Positions 50,628 to 61,364 of a stretch of DNA of 64,000 bases are shown one piece after another. Within the stretch, counting starts at the first letter, position 1. The number at the start of each line of letters is the position of its first letter. Position numbers and translations under genes: made by a program. This DNA comes from Spirochaetia bacterium (lineage in GTDB: Bacteria > Spirochaetota > Spirochaetia > SZUA-6 > Bin103): contig OZ241863.1 in NCBI GenBank assembly GCA_965203055.1, positions 2,720,001-2,784,000 on the forward strand. Reading direction: 5' to 3'. Below the pieces are notes generated by a model. It had not been told where the DNA came from. It ran no database searches and worked only from the letters and a program-made list of their open reading frames with translations.

Positions 50628-51737
50628 TCATTGATAGGGATCGGCGGCGTCGCGCAGCCCGTCGCCGACGAAGTTGAACGCCAGCACGCTGGCCACCACG
50701 AACCCGCCAGGAATCAGCAGCCACGGGTGCAGCGCCACCGACTGCACGTTCTGCGCCTCGTGCAACAGCACGCCCCAGCTCACTACCGGCGGGCGCAGCC
50801 CCAGGCCGAGGAAGCTCAGCGCGGTCTCGCCGAGGATCATGTAGGGAATCGCGAGCGTCAGATCGACGATCAGGTAGCTCATGAACGAGGGCAGCAGGTG
50901 GCGGGTGATGATCGCCAGATCGCGGGCGCCGGCCAGCCGCGCCGCCATGGTGAAGTCCTGCTCGCGCAACTCCAGCAGCTTGCCGCGCACCACCCTCGCC
51001 AACCGCGTCCAGCCGACGGTGGAGAGGATGATGGTGATGAAGAAATAGACCCGCAGCGCCGGCCAATCCAGCGGCAGCGCCGCACTCAGCCCCATCCACA
51101 GCGGGATGGTGGGCAGGGCGATGAGGAACTCGATGACGCGCTGGATGGCGGTGTCGACCGCTCCCCCGTAGTAACCCGACAGGCCGCCCAACAGGCAGCC
51201 GAGCGCGAAGCTGAACGCCACGCCGAGCAGCCCCACGGTCAGCGACACGCGGATGGCGTGCAGGTTGCGCGAAAACAGGTCGCGGCCGAGCTTGTCGGTG
51301 CCGAACAGGAACACCCGCCCCGGTTCGGCAACGCCGAACAAGTGGCGCCGGGTCTCGAACAGGCCCCAGAAGCGATAGCCGTCGCCGCGCACGAAGAACT
51401 GCAGGTCGAACTTCCGGGCCGGATCCGGCTGATAATCCCACTCCCAGGCGGCGTCGTCGAAGTGGCGCGCGTAGCCGTATACGAACGGGCGCAGCTGGAA
51501 GCGGCCCTCGTGCACGAAGCGCAGCCGCTGCGGCGGGGCGTAGGCGAATTCGGCCGCCACGGTGCGGGTGCCGTAGGGGGCCAGGAACCCGGCGCCCAGC
51601 CCGCCGAGATAGATTACCGCGAGCGCCGCCAGGGCCGCCCGCGCCAGCCGGTGGCGGCCGAACCGGGCGCGCACCAGCCGCCAGTGGCCGGCCGTGTAGT
51701 AGCGCTCGCGCTCCGCCGCGGCCGCGCCGGCGCTCAC
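50628..51737 (-). CDS. Peptide-family ABC permease (DppC-like)
   Basis: FGTDKLGRDLFSR, ETALSFLGLG, NFVGDGLRDAADPY. Confidence 0.92.
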   Translation of the reverse strand: MSAGAAAAERERYYTAGHWRLVRARFGRHRLARAALAALAVIYLGGLGAGFLAPYGTRTVAAEFAYAPPQRLRFVHEGRFQLRPFVYGYARHFDDAAWEWDYQPDPARKFDLQFFVRGDGYRFWGLFETRRHLFGVAEPGRVFLFGTDKLGRDLFSRNLHAIRVSLTVGLLGVAFSFALGCLLGGLSGYYGGAVDTAIQRVIEFLIALPTIPLWMGLSAALPLDWPALRVYFFITIILSTVGWTRLARVVRGKLLELREQDFTMAARLAGARDLAIITRHLLPSFMSYLIVDLTLAIPYMILGETALSFLGLGLRPPVVSWGVLLHEAQNVQSVALHPWLLIPGGFVVASVLAFNFVGDGLRDAADPYQ

Positions 51738-52729
51738 CGGTTGCTGCGCTCCATGCGAATGCGCGGGTCGACTCCGGCCAGCACCAGATCGGAGATCAGC
51801 GTCCCCACCACGGTGAGCGCGCCGATGATCATCACCACGCTGCCGGCCAGGCTCATGTCCTGGGTGAGCAGCGCGCTGAAGAAGATCTGCCCGGTCGTGG
51901 GCAGGGACAACACGATTGCGGTCACCGTCTCACCGGAGAAGATTGCCGGCAGGACCCAGGCCGCCGAGCTGATCACCGGATTCAACGCCACCCGCACCGG
52001 ATACTTGAACAGCAGCCGCGCTTCCTCCATGCCCTTGGCGCGGGCGGTGATCACGTACTGCTTGCGCAGCTCGTCCAGCAGGCTGGCGCGCACGATGCGG
52101 ATCAGTTCCGCGGTACCGGCGGTGCCGATTACGACAATCGGAATCGGCAGGTGCGTGAGCAGATCCCAGACCCGGGCGAGGCTCCACGGCGCCGCCACGT
52201 AGGCGGCGGAGAACAGCCCCGTGAGGCTGACCCCGAACCCCTTCAGAAACAGCCACATCAGCACCAGCGCCAACAGGAAGTTGGGCGTCGCCAGGCCGAA
52301 GAAGCCCGACACCGTGAACAGGTAGTCGGCGGCCGAGTACTGGCGGGTAGCGGATACGATGCCGATCGGAATCGAGACCGCGTAGATGAACAGCATGGTG
52401 GCGGCGGACAGCAGCAGGGTGGCCGGCAGGCGCTCGGCGATCAGGTCCAGCACCGCGCGGTTGTGCTGGAACGAGAGGCCCATGTTGCCGCGCGCGAACT
52501 TGCCGATCCACTTGAAGTAGCGTACGACGACCGGCGCATCGAGATCGTACAGGCGCAGCAGCCGGTCCACTTCCGCCTGGTCGACGCGCACCCCGGTGTT
52601 GCGCAGGCGCGCGAGGTGGACGTCCAGATAGGTGCCGGGCGGCAGCTCGATGATGAGGAATCCCACCAGCGAGAGGGCGAACAGAAACAGCACCATGTAG
52701 CACGCGCGCCGCGCGAGGAACGGGAGCAC
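51734..52729 (-). CDS. Peptide-family ABC permease (DppB-like)
   Basis: GTG start inferred (VLPFLARR); IIELPPG, ATRQYS, LATPNF, YVITARAKG, VDPRIR. Confidence 0.9.
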   Translation of the reverse strand: MLPFLARRACYMVLFLFALSLVGFLIIELPPGTYLDVHLARLRNTGVRVDQAEVDRLLRLYDLDAPVVVRYFKWIGKFARGNMGLSFQHNRAVLDLIAERLPATLLLSAATMLFIYAVSIPIGIVSATRQYSAADYLFTVSGFFGLATPNFLLALVLMWLFLKGFGVSLTGLFSAAYVAAPWSLARVWDLLTHLPIPIVVIGTAGTAELIRIVRASLLDELRKQYVITARAKGMEEARLLFKYPVRVALNPVISSAAWVLPAIFSGETVTAIVLSLPTTGQIFFSALLTQDMSLAGSVVMIIGALTVVGTLISDLVLAGVDPRIRMERSNR

Positions 52730-52826
52730 TTCTTCGGGCCTGCGGAACCGGATCGTAGCACACCTCCGACCCGGCGGTGGCGGCGGGCGCAATACGCCGC
52801 TACACTGCCCGCGGCAGTGGCTGGCC

Positions 52827-54382
52827 GTGCCGGGAAACGCGGAAACCGTACTTGAGCTTGACTGCCGGCGCCGGGATCGCGCCGGCGCGTGCGCAGCACC
52901 CCGACCGCGGTGGCCGCGCAGCGCCTCGGCGTCGTCGTGATCGACATGTGGAACGGGTACCCGTGCTGCACCGGACGCGGACTGTTCGCGGCGCTGGTGC
53001 CGCGTATGAACCGCGCGCTGGCCGCAATGCGCGCGTTGGGCGCCGCGGTCATCCACGCCCCCAGCGACGTCAGCGACCAGTACGTCGGCTGGCCGCAGGC
53101 GGAACGGGTGGCCGCCCTGCCCCGTTACGAGTTGCCGGCCACGCGCGAAGTCGCCGCGCCGCGGTTTCCGTTCGCCGGGCAGACCTGCCTGTGCGGACCG
53201 GGCATCGCCTGCCCTTACATGCACCACTGGCACGCCATCCATCCCGATCTCGCGATCGCCGAGCAGGACTACCTGCTGGTGGGACCGGTCTACGGCAGCG
53301 CCGGCACCCAGCGGCTGCATGCCGTGTGCCGGCAGCGCGGCCTGACGCACCTGCTCTACCTGGGCATCGCCGCCAACAACTGCGTGGTGAGCAAGGCGGC
53401 CGGCATGCTGTATCTGGCCCGCGCCGGCCTGGAGGTGATCCTGGCCCGCGATCTGACGGCGGCCTACGACCGGTACGATCCGGCCGCCGGCTACACCAAC
53501 GACGACGCTACCAGGCGGGCGGTGGAGGTTCTGGAACAACAGTTCTGCGCCACCGTGGATCTCGGCGCCGAGCTGGCCGGGATCGGGCGCTGGCCCGCCG
53601 CGCCGCCGGTGGACGCGGTCCGCATCATGCCCTGGGGTCACCGCGATCAGCCCTACCTGTTCGAGGAGCGGTTCGCGGCCACCCTCACCTTCCCCGTCGC
53701 TCCTCCCGGCGGACCGCGGCCCGGCACCGCCATCCACTACACCCTGGACGGCAGCGCCCCGTCTCCGGCCGCGGCGCGCTACACCGCGCCGCTGGCGATC
53801 CGCGCCTCCGGCGTGCTGCGCGCGCAGCCCTTCGCCGCCGGGCGCGCGCAGGGCATTGAGAGCGCCAGCCACTTCTTTCGCCTGGCCGCCGCGCCGCCGC
53901 CGCCCGAGGCGCATCTCGCCGACCTGCGCCCGCGGCGCGCCACCTCGCCGCGGCTGCTGGACGGCCACACCTACGACGCGGTGGCCCCCGACGTCGGCTT
54001 CGACGGCGCGGCCGGCGGCGGGCCGCTGCGCCTCGGCGGGCGCTGCCATCCGCGCGGCGTCGGCACCCTGACGCCGGCGCAACTGGTGTATGACCTGGAA
54101 CCGCGCTGGCGCCGCTTCGTGGCGTTGGCGGGCCTGGACGACGCGCTGCTCGACGAGGACCACGGCATGCTGCAGGCGAGCCGCGCCGCGGCGCGCTTTC
54201 TGGTGTACCTGGACGGCGCCCGGGCGGCCGCCAGCCCGACGCTGCGGGCGGGACAGGTGTGGCGCTTCGACCTGCCGCTCCGGCCCGGCGCCGAGGTGAT
54301 CAGTCTGGTGGCGATGAACGCCCTGGCCGGCGGGCGCCCGGCCGCGGCCGACTGGGCCGCGGCCGGGTTCCTGGCGGCGTGA
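52827..54382 (+). CDS. Isochorismatase/cysteine hydrolase-like domain + Fn3/CHB_HEX_C-like domain + NPCBM-like domain; probable frameshift near 52887
   Basis: VVVIDMW, IHAPSD, GIAANNCV; IHYTLDGSAP; PLRLGG..HPRGVG..LVYDL..F.ALAGLDD. Main frame starts at 52889. Confidence 0.7.
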
Positions 54383-57300
54383 GGGCGCGCGCGGCGTTCC
54401 GCCACGGCGCGCAGCGCCCGCGCGACGCGCCGCGGCTGCCGGGACTCAACGTCGGGCGCAGCTACTACGACCATGACAGCTACGGGGGCGCCGCCAAACG
54501 CTACCGCAGCGCCGGACCCGACAGCATTGCCATCAGCGCGGGGCCCGACCTGTTCAACCAGGTGCTGATGGGTGACGGCGTCTGGTACCTGCACGCCGGC
54601 GACCGCCCGGCGCTGCGCCTGGCGCACCGCCCCTACTGGCCCAACTCCTACATCAAGCCCGACCTGATTCCGGGGTTGGGGGTCTCCGGCGAGCTGTACT
54701 TCACGGCGCTTGCCGGCGGCGCGAACCTGCCGCTGCACCGCCACGCCGCGGTGGAGGCGCGCTTCAGCCCGGGTGAGGCGGAGTGGCGCTGCAGCGTGCC
54801 GCGCCCGGCTGCCGCCGGCGGCGCGGGCGGCGCCGAGCTGCGGCTGCGCGCGCGCCCGCTGGTGTCCACCAACGGCTGCGTCATTCTTCTGGAAGGCGAT
54901 TGCGCGCTGGCGGTGCGCCTCGACCTGGCGGGCGGTTCCCTGGACCCGCCGCCGCGGCGCGCGCCGCCCCCGCCCCGGCTGGAAGCCGGATACGTAGTGC
55001 TGGACCATCCCGGCTTCCCTTGCACCAGGCTGGTGGCCGGCACCAGCGACGGCGCCGCGGCCGCCATCGAGGTGGGGAGCAACACCTGTGTGGAGTTGAC
55101 CCTGCGGCCCGGCGCCGGCCTGCTGCTGGTCTGGGGCTACTCCGACTACGACCGCGCCGGGGTCGCCGCGGCCGACCGCCGGCTGCGGGAGCGGCCGTTC
55201 GCCGCGCCCGAGTGGGCGGCGCGGATGCGCGAGCGTTGGTTCAAGCACTGGGTGGGACGCTGCCTGCAGCCCGAGCGCCGCTTCCGGGGCCTCATGGAGC
55301 GGTTTTCGGAGACCGCCGCGCAGGCGCCCGCCTTCTGGCATCCGGCGCGGCGCCTGCGCGTCACCACGCCGGAAGCGGAGTTCGACACCGTGGTCAACCG
55401 CGCGGCGGTCGATCATCGCTGCCAGTTCGAGTACCCGGCGTTCATGCACGGCATCCTGGGCTGGAACAAGTACGGCAAGATCAACTTCGGCTACTACGCC
55501 GCGGACGACGCCGGCCTGCACCGCGAGGTGGCGGACTCGCTGCACTTCATCTCCGGCAGCCAGGACGCGGGCGGCCGCCAGCGCTACCTCTCGGCGGCGT
55601 TTCACACCATCGATTGGGCCGAGGAGGTGGACTTCTACTTCGTCGAACAGGTCTGGCATCACTACCGATGGACCGCGGACCGCGCGTTCCTGGAGGCGCT
55701 GTACCCCGCCGCCCGGCGTTCCCTGGAGCACGCGCTGGCGGCCGGCGACCCGCACGGCACCGGTATCATGACCGGCTACTACGAGTTCTGGCAGAACGAC
55801 GCCCACTCGCGCGGCGGCAAGTGCGTGGTCCACGGCGCGCTGGCCTGGGGCGCGCTGACCGCGGCCGCGGGCATGGCGCAGGCGCTCGACCGGACAGACG
55901 ACGCCGTTCGCTACCGCGCGTATGCCGCGCTGGTGCGGCAGCGGCTGGAGCGCGAGCTGTGGCACGAAGCGAGCGGCGCCTTCGGTTCGGCCGAGTGGAA
56001 CGGCGACGTGCGCCCGCGGCCGGAGACGCAGGAGCAGTTCCTGCCGGCGCTGCGCGGCCTGGGCTCGGCGCGGCAGCGGCGGCGCGCGACCCGCTATCTG
56101 CGCGACCAGTTCCTGTTGCACCCGCGCCCGGGCGTCACGCTGGAGTTGATCAACGACTGGTGGCCGATCTTCTGGAGCCACCACTACGTCGCCAACGGCG
56201 ACGCCCTGCTGAGCGTGCTGGCCGCGGCGCGCAACGGCGACGTCGACCGCTACTGGCCGCTGGTGCGCTCCATCGTGCAGGGCGCGCTGACCAGCAGTGA
56301 CGGCAGCCTGCGCTCCACCCAGGACAACGCCGGGCGCGGCTCCGGCCTGCGCCACACCGCGGAGGTGCAGGCGCCGCTGCTGCAGATGGTGGTGGAGGGG
56401 TTGTTCGGGATCCACCCGGCGGCGCCGGAGAACCGCTTCCTGATCCGCCCCAATTTCCCCCGCCACTGGCGCCGCGCGCGCCTGCAGCGCCCCGGCCTGA
56501 CGCTCCGTTACCGGCGCGACGACTCGCCTGCTCCCGCCATTACGCTGGAGGTACGGTGCGATCCGGCGCGGCGGGTCACCGTCGAGCTGCCGGTGCGCGG
56601 CGCGGTACGGTCGGCCGCGGTGAACGGCGCCGGGGTTGCGCCGCGCTGCACCGCGGCCGCGGGCGCAGCGCGCCTGGTGCTGGACAGCGCGCCGGCCGGC
56701 GGCGCGCGGCGTCACACCTTCGTGGTGCGGACCGCTCCCGAGGCGCAGGTCAGCGCACCGCACCGGGTGGTGGTCGGCGCTGCGGCGCAGTGCCGGGTGC
56801 GCGGCGCGCGAATACTGGGCTGGGATGACGCCTGCGGCCGCTTCGCCGCCACTGCCGGTCAGCCGGGCGCGGTGACCCTGCGAGCGGCCGCGGCGGGGCC
56901 GGCCACCGGCTTTCTGCGGCTGCGCGCGGGGGAAGCGGAATGGGACGAGCCGGTCGATCTGGAGGCCGTGCCGCCCTGGGAAGTGGTGGAGCGGCTGGCC
57001 CCGGCCCTGGTCAACGAGCGGGCGCAGGTGGTCAGTCCGCGGCTGGATCTGCCCTCGCGCAGCCTGCTGCTGGAGGTGCGCAACAACACGCCGCGCCGGC
57101 TGCGCGGCGAAGCGCTGGCGCTCGGCCGCCGCGTTGCCGTGGAGGTTGGGCCGAGCGCCACCGAGCAGGTACGCCTGGACCTGAGCCCGGTCTGGCACGC
57201 GCTGTCACCGGGCACGCTGCCGGTCAACGTCACCCTGGACGGCGCCGCCGCCCGCTGCGACGCGGTGACCTGGCTCCTCTCCGACCCGCCGCAGCGCTGG

Positions 57301-58131
57301 AGCGGAGCCGAGCGGATCGTGCCGGTCGATCTGGCCGCCGCCTGCAACGCCGACGCCGGCCACCTCTACGGTCCCGGCTTTCGCTGGCGGCTGGACTACA
57401 CCGGCTGCGCCGTCGGCGTGGACCGGCGCCGGCCGGCGCCCGCCCGCGACGGGCGTGGTTACGTGCTGTTGCACTCCCCCATGGGACAACTCGCCTGGGG
57501 GTGCCTGCCGGAGCACGCCTACGGCCTGGACCAGGAAATTCTTCCCGAGTTCGACCTGCAATGGGACCTGCCGCCGCTGCCGAGCGACTACGAGCCCTTG
57601 CCCGGGTTGCCGTTCCGCACCCGCGGCCGCCGCCTGCTGGCGCTGGCCGCCACGGAGCCCTACGATCAGTTGCCGAGCAGCGCGCGCCTCGACCTGACCG
57701 CCGGCGCCGCGCCCCGCCGCCTGGAGAAACTCTACCTGCTGACCGCCAACCTGACCAAGACGGTCAAGAGCTACTACCCGGCGGGCGAAATCACCATCCA
57801 CTACGCGGCCGGCGACCCGCAGCACTTCTCGCTGGTGCCGCCCCACACCATCAGTTGCATGGCGCAGCCGTTCTGCCCGCGCGCCTATCACGTCCCCTAC
57901 GGGCGCTTGCGCGGCGCAGTATCCGGCTACGGTCCGGTCGAAGCGGAGAAGATCCCCAACCTCGCCGTGCAGGACGTGGTGGTGGACTCGAACCGGGCCG
58001 TTACCGCCGTCGAGCTGCGGTGCGTGGCCAGCGAGACGCTGCTCGGCCTGCTCGCGCTCAGCGTGCTTCCGGCGGCGGCGCCCGCCGCGGGTCAGGTGAG
58101 CAGCGCCTGCTCGGCCAGCGCCGCCTCCTGA
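54379..58131 (+). CDS. Large glycoside hydrolase-like protein ((alpha/alpha)6 barrel)
   Basis: GTGA coupling to the upstream gene; FVEQVWHHYRWTADRAFLEALYPAARRSLE six-hairpin-type motif; VVEGLFGIHP..IRPNFP..W. Confidence 0.65.
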   Translation: MRARAAFRHGAQRPRDAPRLPGLNVGRSYYDHDSYGGAAKRYRSAGPDSIAISAGPDLFNQVLMGDGVWYLHAGDRPALRLAHRPYWPNSYIKPDLIPGLGVSGELYFTALAGGANLPLHRHAAVEARFSPGEAEWRCSVPRPAAAGGAGGAELRLRARPLVSTNGCVILLEGDCALAVRLDLAGGSLDPPPRRAPPPPRLEAGYVVLDHPGFPCTRLVAGTSDGAAAAIEVGSNTCVELTLRPGAGLLLVWGYSDYDRAGVAAADRRLRERPFAAPEWAARMRERWFKHWVGRCLQPERRFRGLMERFSETAAQAPAFWHPARRLRVTTPEAEFDTVVNRAAVDHRCQFEYPAFMHGILGWNKYGKINFGYYAADDAGLHREVADSLHFISGSQDAGGRQRYLSAAFHTIDWAEEVDFYFVEQVWHHYRWTADRAFLEALYPAARRSLEHALAAGDPHGTGIMTGYYEFWQNDAHSRGGKCVVHGALAWGALTAAAGMAQALDRTDDAVRYRAYAALVRQRLERELWHEASGAFGSAEWNGDVRPRPETQEQFLPALRGLGSARQRRRATRYLRDQFLLHPRPGVTLELINDWWPIFWSHHYVANGDALLSVLAAARNGDVDRYWPLVRSIVQGALTSSDGSLRSTQDNAGRGSGLRHTAEVQAPLLQMVVEGLFGIHPAAPENRFLIRPNFPRHWRRARLQRPGLTLRYRRDDSPAPAITLEVRCDPARRVTVELPVRGAVRSAAVNGAGVAPRCTAAAGAARLVLDSAPAGGARRHTFVVRTAPEAQVSAPHRVVVGAAAQCRVRGARILGWDDACGRFAATAGQPGAVTLRAAAAGPATGFLRLRAGEAEWDEPVDLEAVPPWEVVERLAPALVNERAQVVSPRLDLPSRSLLLEVRNNTPRRLRGEALALGRRVAVEVGPSATEQVRLDLSPVWHALSPGTLPVNVTLDGAAARCDAVTWLLSDPPQRWSGAERIVPVDLAAACNADAGHLYGPGFRWRLDYTGCAVGVDRRRPAPARDGRGYVLLHSPMGQLAWGCLPEHAYGLDQEILPEFDLQWDLPPLPSDYEPLPGLPFRTRGRRLLALAATEPYDQLPSSARLDLTAGAAPRRLEKLYLLTANLTKTVKSYYPAGEITIHYAAGDPQHFSLVPPHTISCMAQPFCPRAYHVPYGRLRGAVSGYGPVEAEKIPNLAVQDVVVDSNRAVTAVELRCVASETLLGLLALSVLPAAAPAAGQVSSACSASAAS

Positions 58132-59141
58132 TCCGCGCACTTGGCGCGCGCGGCCTGCACCAGGTCGCGGGCCAGCTCCGGCTGGTCGGTAGCGGTGAGG
58201 CGCTGCGCCTTCTCCACCCAGTCGCCGCGGATGCCGTCCACCCCCTGCAGCGCCCCGGCCAGCGCCCCGCACATCGAGGCGATGGTATCGGCGTCACGGC
58301 CGAAGTTGGCGCCGTAGGTGACGCAGCGTTCGACGTCGCCGCCGGCCAGCTCGAACAGGGCCACGGTGACCGGCACCGTTTCCCGCGAGTCGCAGCCGAT
58401 GCGCCGGAACAGCGTGGCCGCGTCGGCGTAGGCCTGGGCGCGGAACTTCTCGTAGCTGCCGGCCGCCCGCGCCAGCTCCAGGAAGCGGCGGATCAACTCC
58501 CGCATCTCGGCGCCGCTGGTGGCGATGACGTGGGCCTGCGCCGCCTCCACCACCGACTCGACGGTGGCGCTGACCCGAAACGCTTCCGCCACCCCGGCCG
58601 CCATGGCCACCGCGCCATCCTGGCAGAAGCCGACGTCATGGCCGTGGATCAGGGCCGCCAGGTTGTAGCCCTGCAGCGCGGCGCCGCGCGGGTTGCCGGC
58701 GTTGACGATGCCCACCGGCGAAAAGCACATCGCGGTGCTGGAGCTGGGCATGTTGCCCAACGCGGCCATGCGCGGCACCGAGTGGCGGCGCAGCTTGTGG
58801 GCGGTGTGGGTCACCGACGGAAAGAACTTGTTCAGCTTGGCGCCGAAGATGTCCTCCCAGCGGTCCAGCCAGACCTCCGCCCAGTCGTCGATGGTGGCGT
58901 GGCCGCCGGTGCGGATCAGGGCGTCGGCCAGGAGATGCTTCATCACCGTGTCGTCGGTGCCGTCGGCGTCGAAGTCGTCGATCCAGCCGGATGCCTTCAG
59001 CACCTCATACGACTTGCCCTCCGCCGGGGTGCCGATGGCGTCCCCGATGAGGCCGCCCAGCAGACACCCCAAAGTCTTTCGATACAGCGTACCGGCCTCC
59101 GCCGCAGTCGCGGCGCCGGTTGCCATTGCAGTTGCCATCAT
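58092..59141 (-). CDS. ADP-ribosylglycohydrolase family protein
   Basis: GGLIGDAIG.P.EG, GTDDT, ANFGRDADTIASMCGALAGA. Confidence 0.92.
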   Translation of the reverse strand: MMATAMATGAATAAEAGTLYRKTLGCLLGGLIGDAIGTPAEGKSYEVLKASGWIDDFDADGTDDTVMKHLLADALIRTGGHATIDDWAEVWLDRWEDIFGAKLNKFFPSVTHTAHKLRRHSVPRMAALGNMPSSSTAMCFSPVGIVNAGNPRGAALQGYNLAALIHGHDVGFCQDGAVAMAAGVAEAFRVSATVESVVEAAQAHVIATSGAEMRELIRRFLELARAAGSYEKFRAQAYADAATLFRRIGCDSRETVPVTVALFELAGGDVERCVTYGANFGRDADTIASMCGALAGALQGVDGIRGDWVEKAQRLTATDQPELARDLVQAARAKCADQEAALAEQALLT

Positions 59142-59159
59142 TGTCCTCCTTACAAGGTA

Positions 59160-61244
59160 CTATTGCCGGCGGAAGTACTGCGCGGGAAGGTGCGGGATCT
59201 GGTAGAAGGTGAAGTAGGTGGCGAAGCCCTTGGCAGCGACGTTGCCCATGTCCTTCCTGACCAGCGCCGGGTGCGGCAGGTCGCCGCCCACCGTACCCGC
59301 CATCCACAGATTGTCGGCCCATAGTTCGCCGATCCGGTTGGCGATGGCCACCTTCTCGGCGTCGCCGGCGGTCTGCGCGAACTGCTCCGACAGCTCGAAG
59401 TAGCGCAGCAGATCGGGCTCCATGCCGGCGGCGCGCAGTCCGTCGATCCCTTCGGCGAAGTAGATGTTGGCCAGCTCCTCGCTCCACCAGCCGAACGACG
59501 GCGGGCTCCACAGCGAACCCTCGTAGATGCTGTCGGGCAGCATGTCGATCACGTGACTGGCGATCATCACCTCGTCGGCCGAGCGGCGGCCGTCGAACGA
59601 GTTGTCCTCGCGGAAGTCGAAGTCGGTCTTTACGCCGACCGCTTCCCAGTAGTCCTTGACCAGCTCGGCGGTCGAGGTGATCGGCGTCTCCTGCTCGTGG
59701 TAGCCCTCGATCTTGACGAACAGTTCCTTGCCGTCGGGGCGGCGGCGGATGCCGTCCGCGCCCAGCTTCAGACCCAGCTCGTCGAGCAGGCGGTTCGCCG
59801 TCTCCGGATCGTAGGCGGCGTCGCGCTGGAAGTGTTCCGGCACGTGATAGACCGACCCCGGCGGCACCGCCGCCTGCGACGGAGTGCCCCTGCCGAAGTA
59901 GAGCAGATCGTTGATCTCCGCGCGGTTGATGGCCAGCGACAGGGCGCGGCGGAACCGTTTGTCGCGCAGCAACTCCTGCATCACCGGATCGGGCTTGTAG
60001 GTCTGGCGGAAGAAGTAGTTGACCCCGGCGCCGGCGCGCTTCTGCCACAGCCGCACCTCGTAGCCGCCGGCCTCCGCATTCTGCGTCAGCACCGGAAAGT
60101 CCTCGATGGTCAGGATCGACGACACGAAGTCCACCTCACCGCCGAGGGCGGCGATCATGAACGCTTCCTTGGTGGCCGCCGAGCGGTTCTGCACACGGTC
60201 GAAGTAGGGCAACTGATTGCCGGCGACGTCGACCTTCCAGTAGAACGGATTGCGCTCCCACAGCGCGTAGTCGGTGGCGGCCTCCTGCAGCACCCACGCC
60301 TCCAGCACCGGCCGGCCGAGATCGTCGGCGCTCTTGCCGTAGGGTCCCTGGCGGGCGTTGAACAACTGCGTCCAGTCGTCGAACCCGCCCTCCTTGGCGA
60401 GCTCGTTGGCCTGCGGGTTGTAGCTCAGGTGGAACTGCGCCAGGTAATGCTTGGGCTCGGCGATGAATCCCATCGACCACATGTACTGCGGCAGGGTGAG
60501 TTGGCGCAGGGCGAAGTTGGGCCGCGGCGCGGCGAAGCTCAGCTCGAAGGTATGGTCGTCGATACGGCGGCCCCGGGCCGGCGCGCCGCCGACGTTGAGG
60601 CTGGTGGGCACCGACGGGCGCAGCTCCCGGTTCATGTTCATGTCATCGAACCAGAACGCCACGTCGTCGGCGGTGAACGGCGCGCCGTCGGACCACTTCA
60701 TGCCGGGCCGCAGGCGCAGGGTGATGGTGCGGTCGTCGGCCGACTGCTCCACGCCCAGCAGCCAGTTGGGATACCACGTCTTGGCATCGGGGCGCAGCTG
60801 CACCGGCGGCTCCTCCAGCCAGTAGGCGGGGAACCACCAAGTGACCGGGCCGTCCATGACCGTGGTATTCATCTGCCCGCCGTAGCTGCCGATCTCCTCG
60901 ATCGGCACTACGATCAGCGGCTCGTCGGGGACCCTCTCGGCTACCGGCGGCAGGTCGCCGCCGCTCACCTGCTGCGCCAGCATCGGCGCCTCGCCGAGGG
61001 CCGGCAGCGCGCGCCCGGCGGCGGCTCGGAACTCGGCGCGGGAACCGTAGGTCCACGGCCGTTGCGGGGTATCCGGCAATTCGGCGCCGGCCATGTCCGC
61101 GGCGCCGGCCATGTCCGCGGCGCCGGTTGCGGCCGGCTGGCTGCCGTCCGCCTCCTCCTGGCCCCCGGCGGACACCAGCGCCGGCGCCAACCAGATGACC
61201 GCGCAGACCAGCGCGCACGAACGAATACCTGCGGTGCAGTCCAT
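59160..61244 (-). CDS. ABC substrate-binding protein, family 5
   Basis: Signal peptide ending VSA-GGQEE; EAPMLA, LPPVAERVP.EP, LRPGMKWSDGAPFTADD, RNPFYWKVD..GNQLPY, FRRALSLAINR. Confidence 0.92.
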   Translation of the reverse strand: MDCTAGIRSCALVCAVIWLAPALVSAGGQEEADGSQPAATGAADMAGAADMAGAELPDTPQRPWTYGSRAEFRAAAGRALPALGEAPMLAQQVSGGDLPPVAERVPDEPLIVVPIEEIGSYGGQMNTTVMDGPVTWWFPAYWLEEPPVQLRPDAKTWYPNWLLGVEQSADDRTITLRLRPGMKWSDGAPFTADDVAFWFDDMNMNRELRPSVPTSLNVGGAPARGRRIDDHTFELSFAAPRPNFALRQLTLPQYMWSMGFIAEPKHYLAQFHLSYNPQANELAKEGGFDDWTQLFNARQGPYGKSADDLGRPVLEAWVLQEAATDYALWERNPFYWKVDVAGNQLPYFDRVQNRSAATKEAFMIAALGGEVDFVSSILTIEDFPVLTQNAEAGGYEVRLWQKRAGAGVNYFFRQTYKPDPVMQELLRDKRFRRALSLAINRAEINDLLYFGRGTPSQAAVPPGSVYHVPEHFQRDAAYDPETANRLLDELGLKLGADGIRRRPDGKELFVKIEGYHEQETPITSTAELVKDYWEAVGVKTDFDFREDNSFDGRRSADEVMIASHVIDMLPDSIYEGSLWSPPSFGWWSEELANIYFAEGIDGLRAAGMEPDLLRYFELSEQFAQTAGDAEKVAIANRIGELWADNLWMAGTVGGDLPHPALVRKDMGNVAAKGFATYFTFYQIPHLPAQYFRRQ

Positions 61245-61276
61245 TGGGTGCCTCCTTCTCGGAAGTGGCAGGCGTC

Positions 61277-61358
61277 AGACTACCACGCCCCGGCAACCGC
61301 CGCAACGTTGCGCATTGGTATGGGTGCGCTTGACGCCGGGGGAACGTGGGGCTACGGT
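61277..61358. promoter_or_regulatory. Divergent promoters with a LacI-type operator
   Basis: Minus strand TTGCGG(61300-05)-N17-TAGTCT(61277-82); palindrome CGCAACGTTGCG at 61301-61312; plus strand TTGACG(61330)-N17-TACGGT(61353), 6 nt before ATG 61365. Confidence 0.7.
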
Positions 61359-61364
61359 CCGCCC

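Noticed and set aside
61083..61126. 18-bp tandem repeat encoding GAADMA
   Set aside because: Ordinary low-complexity linker after the signal peptide.
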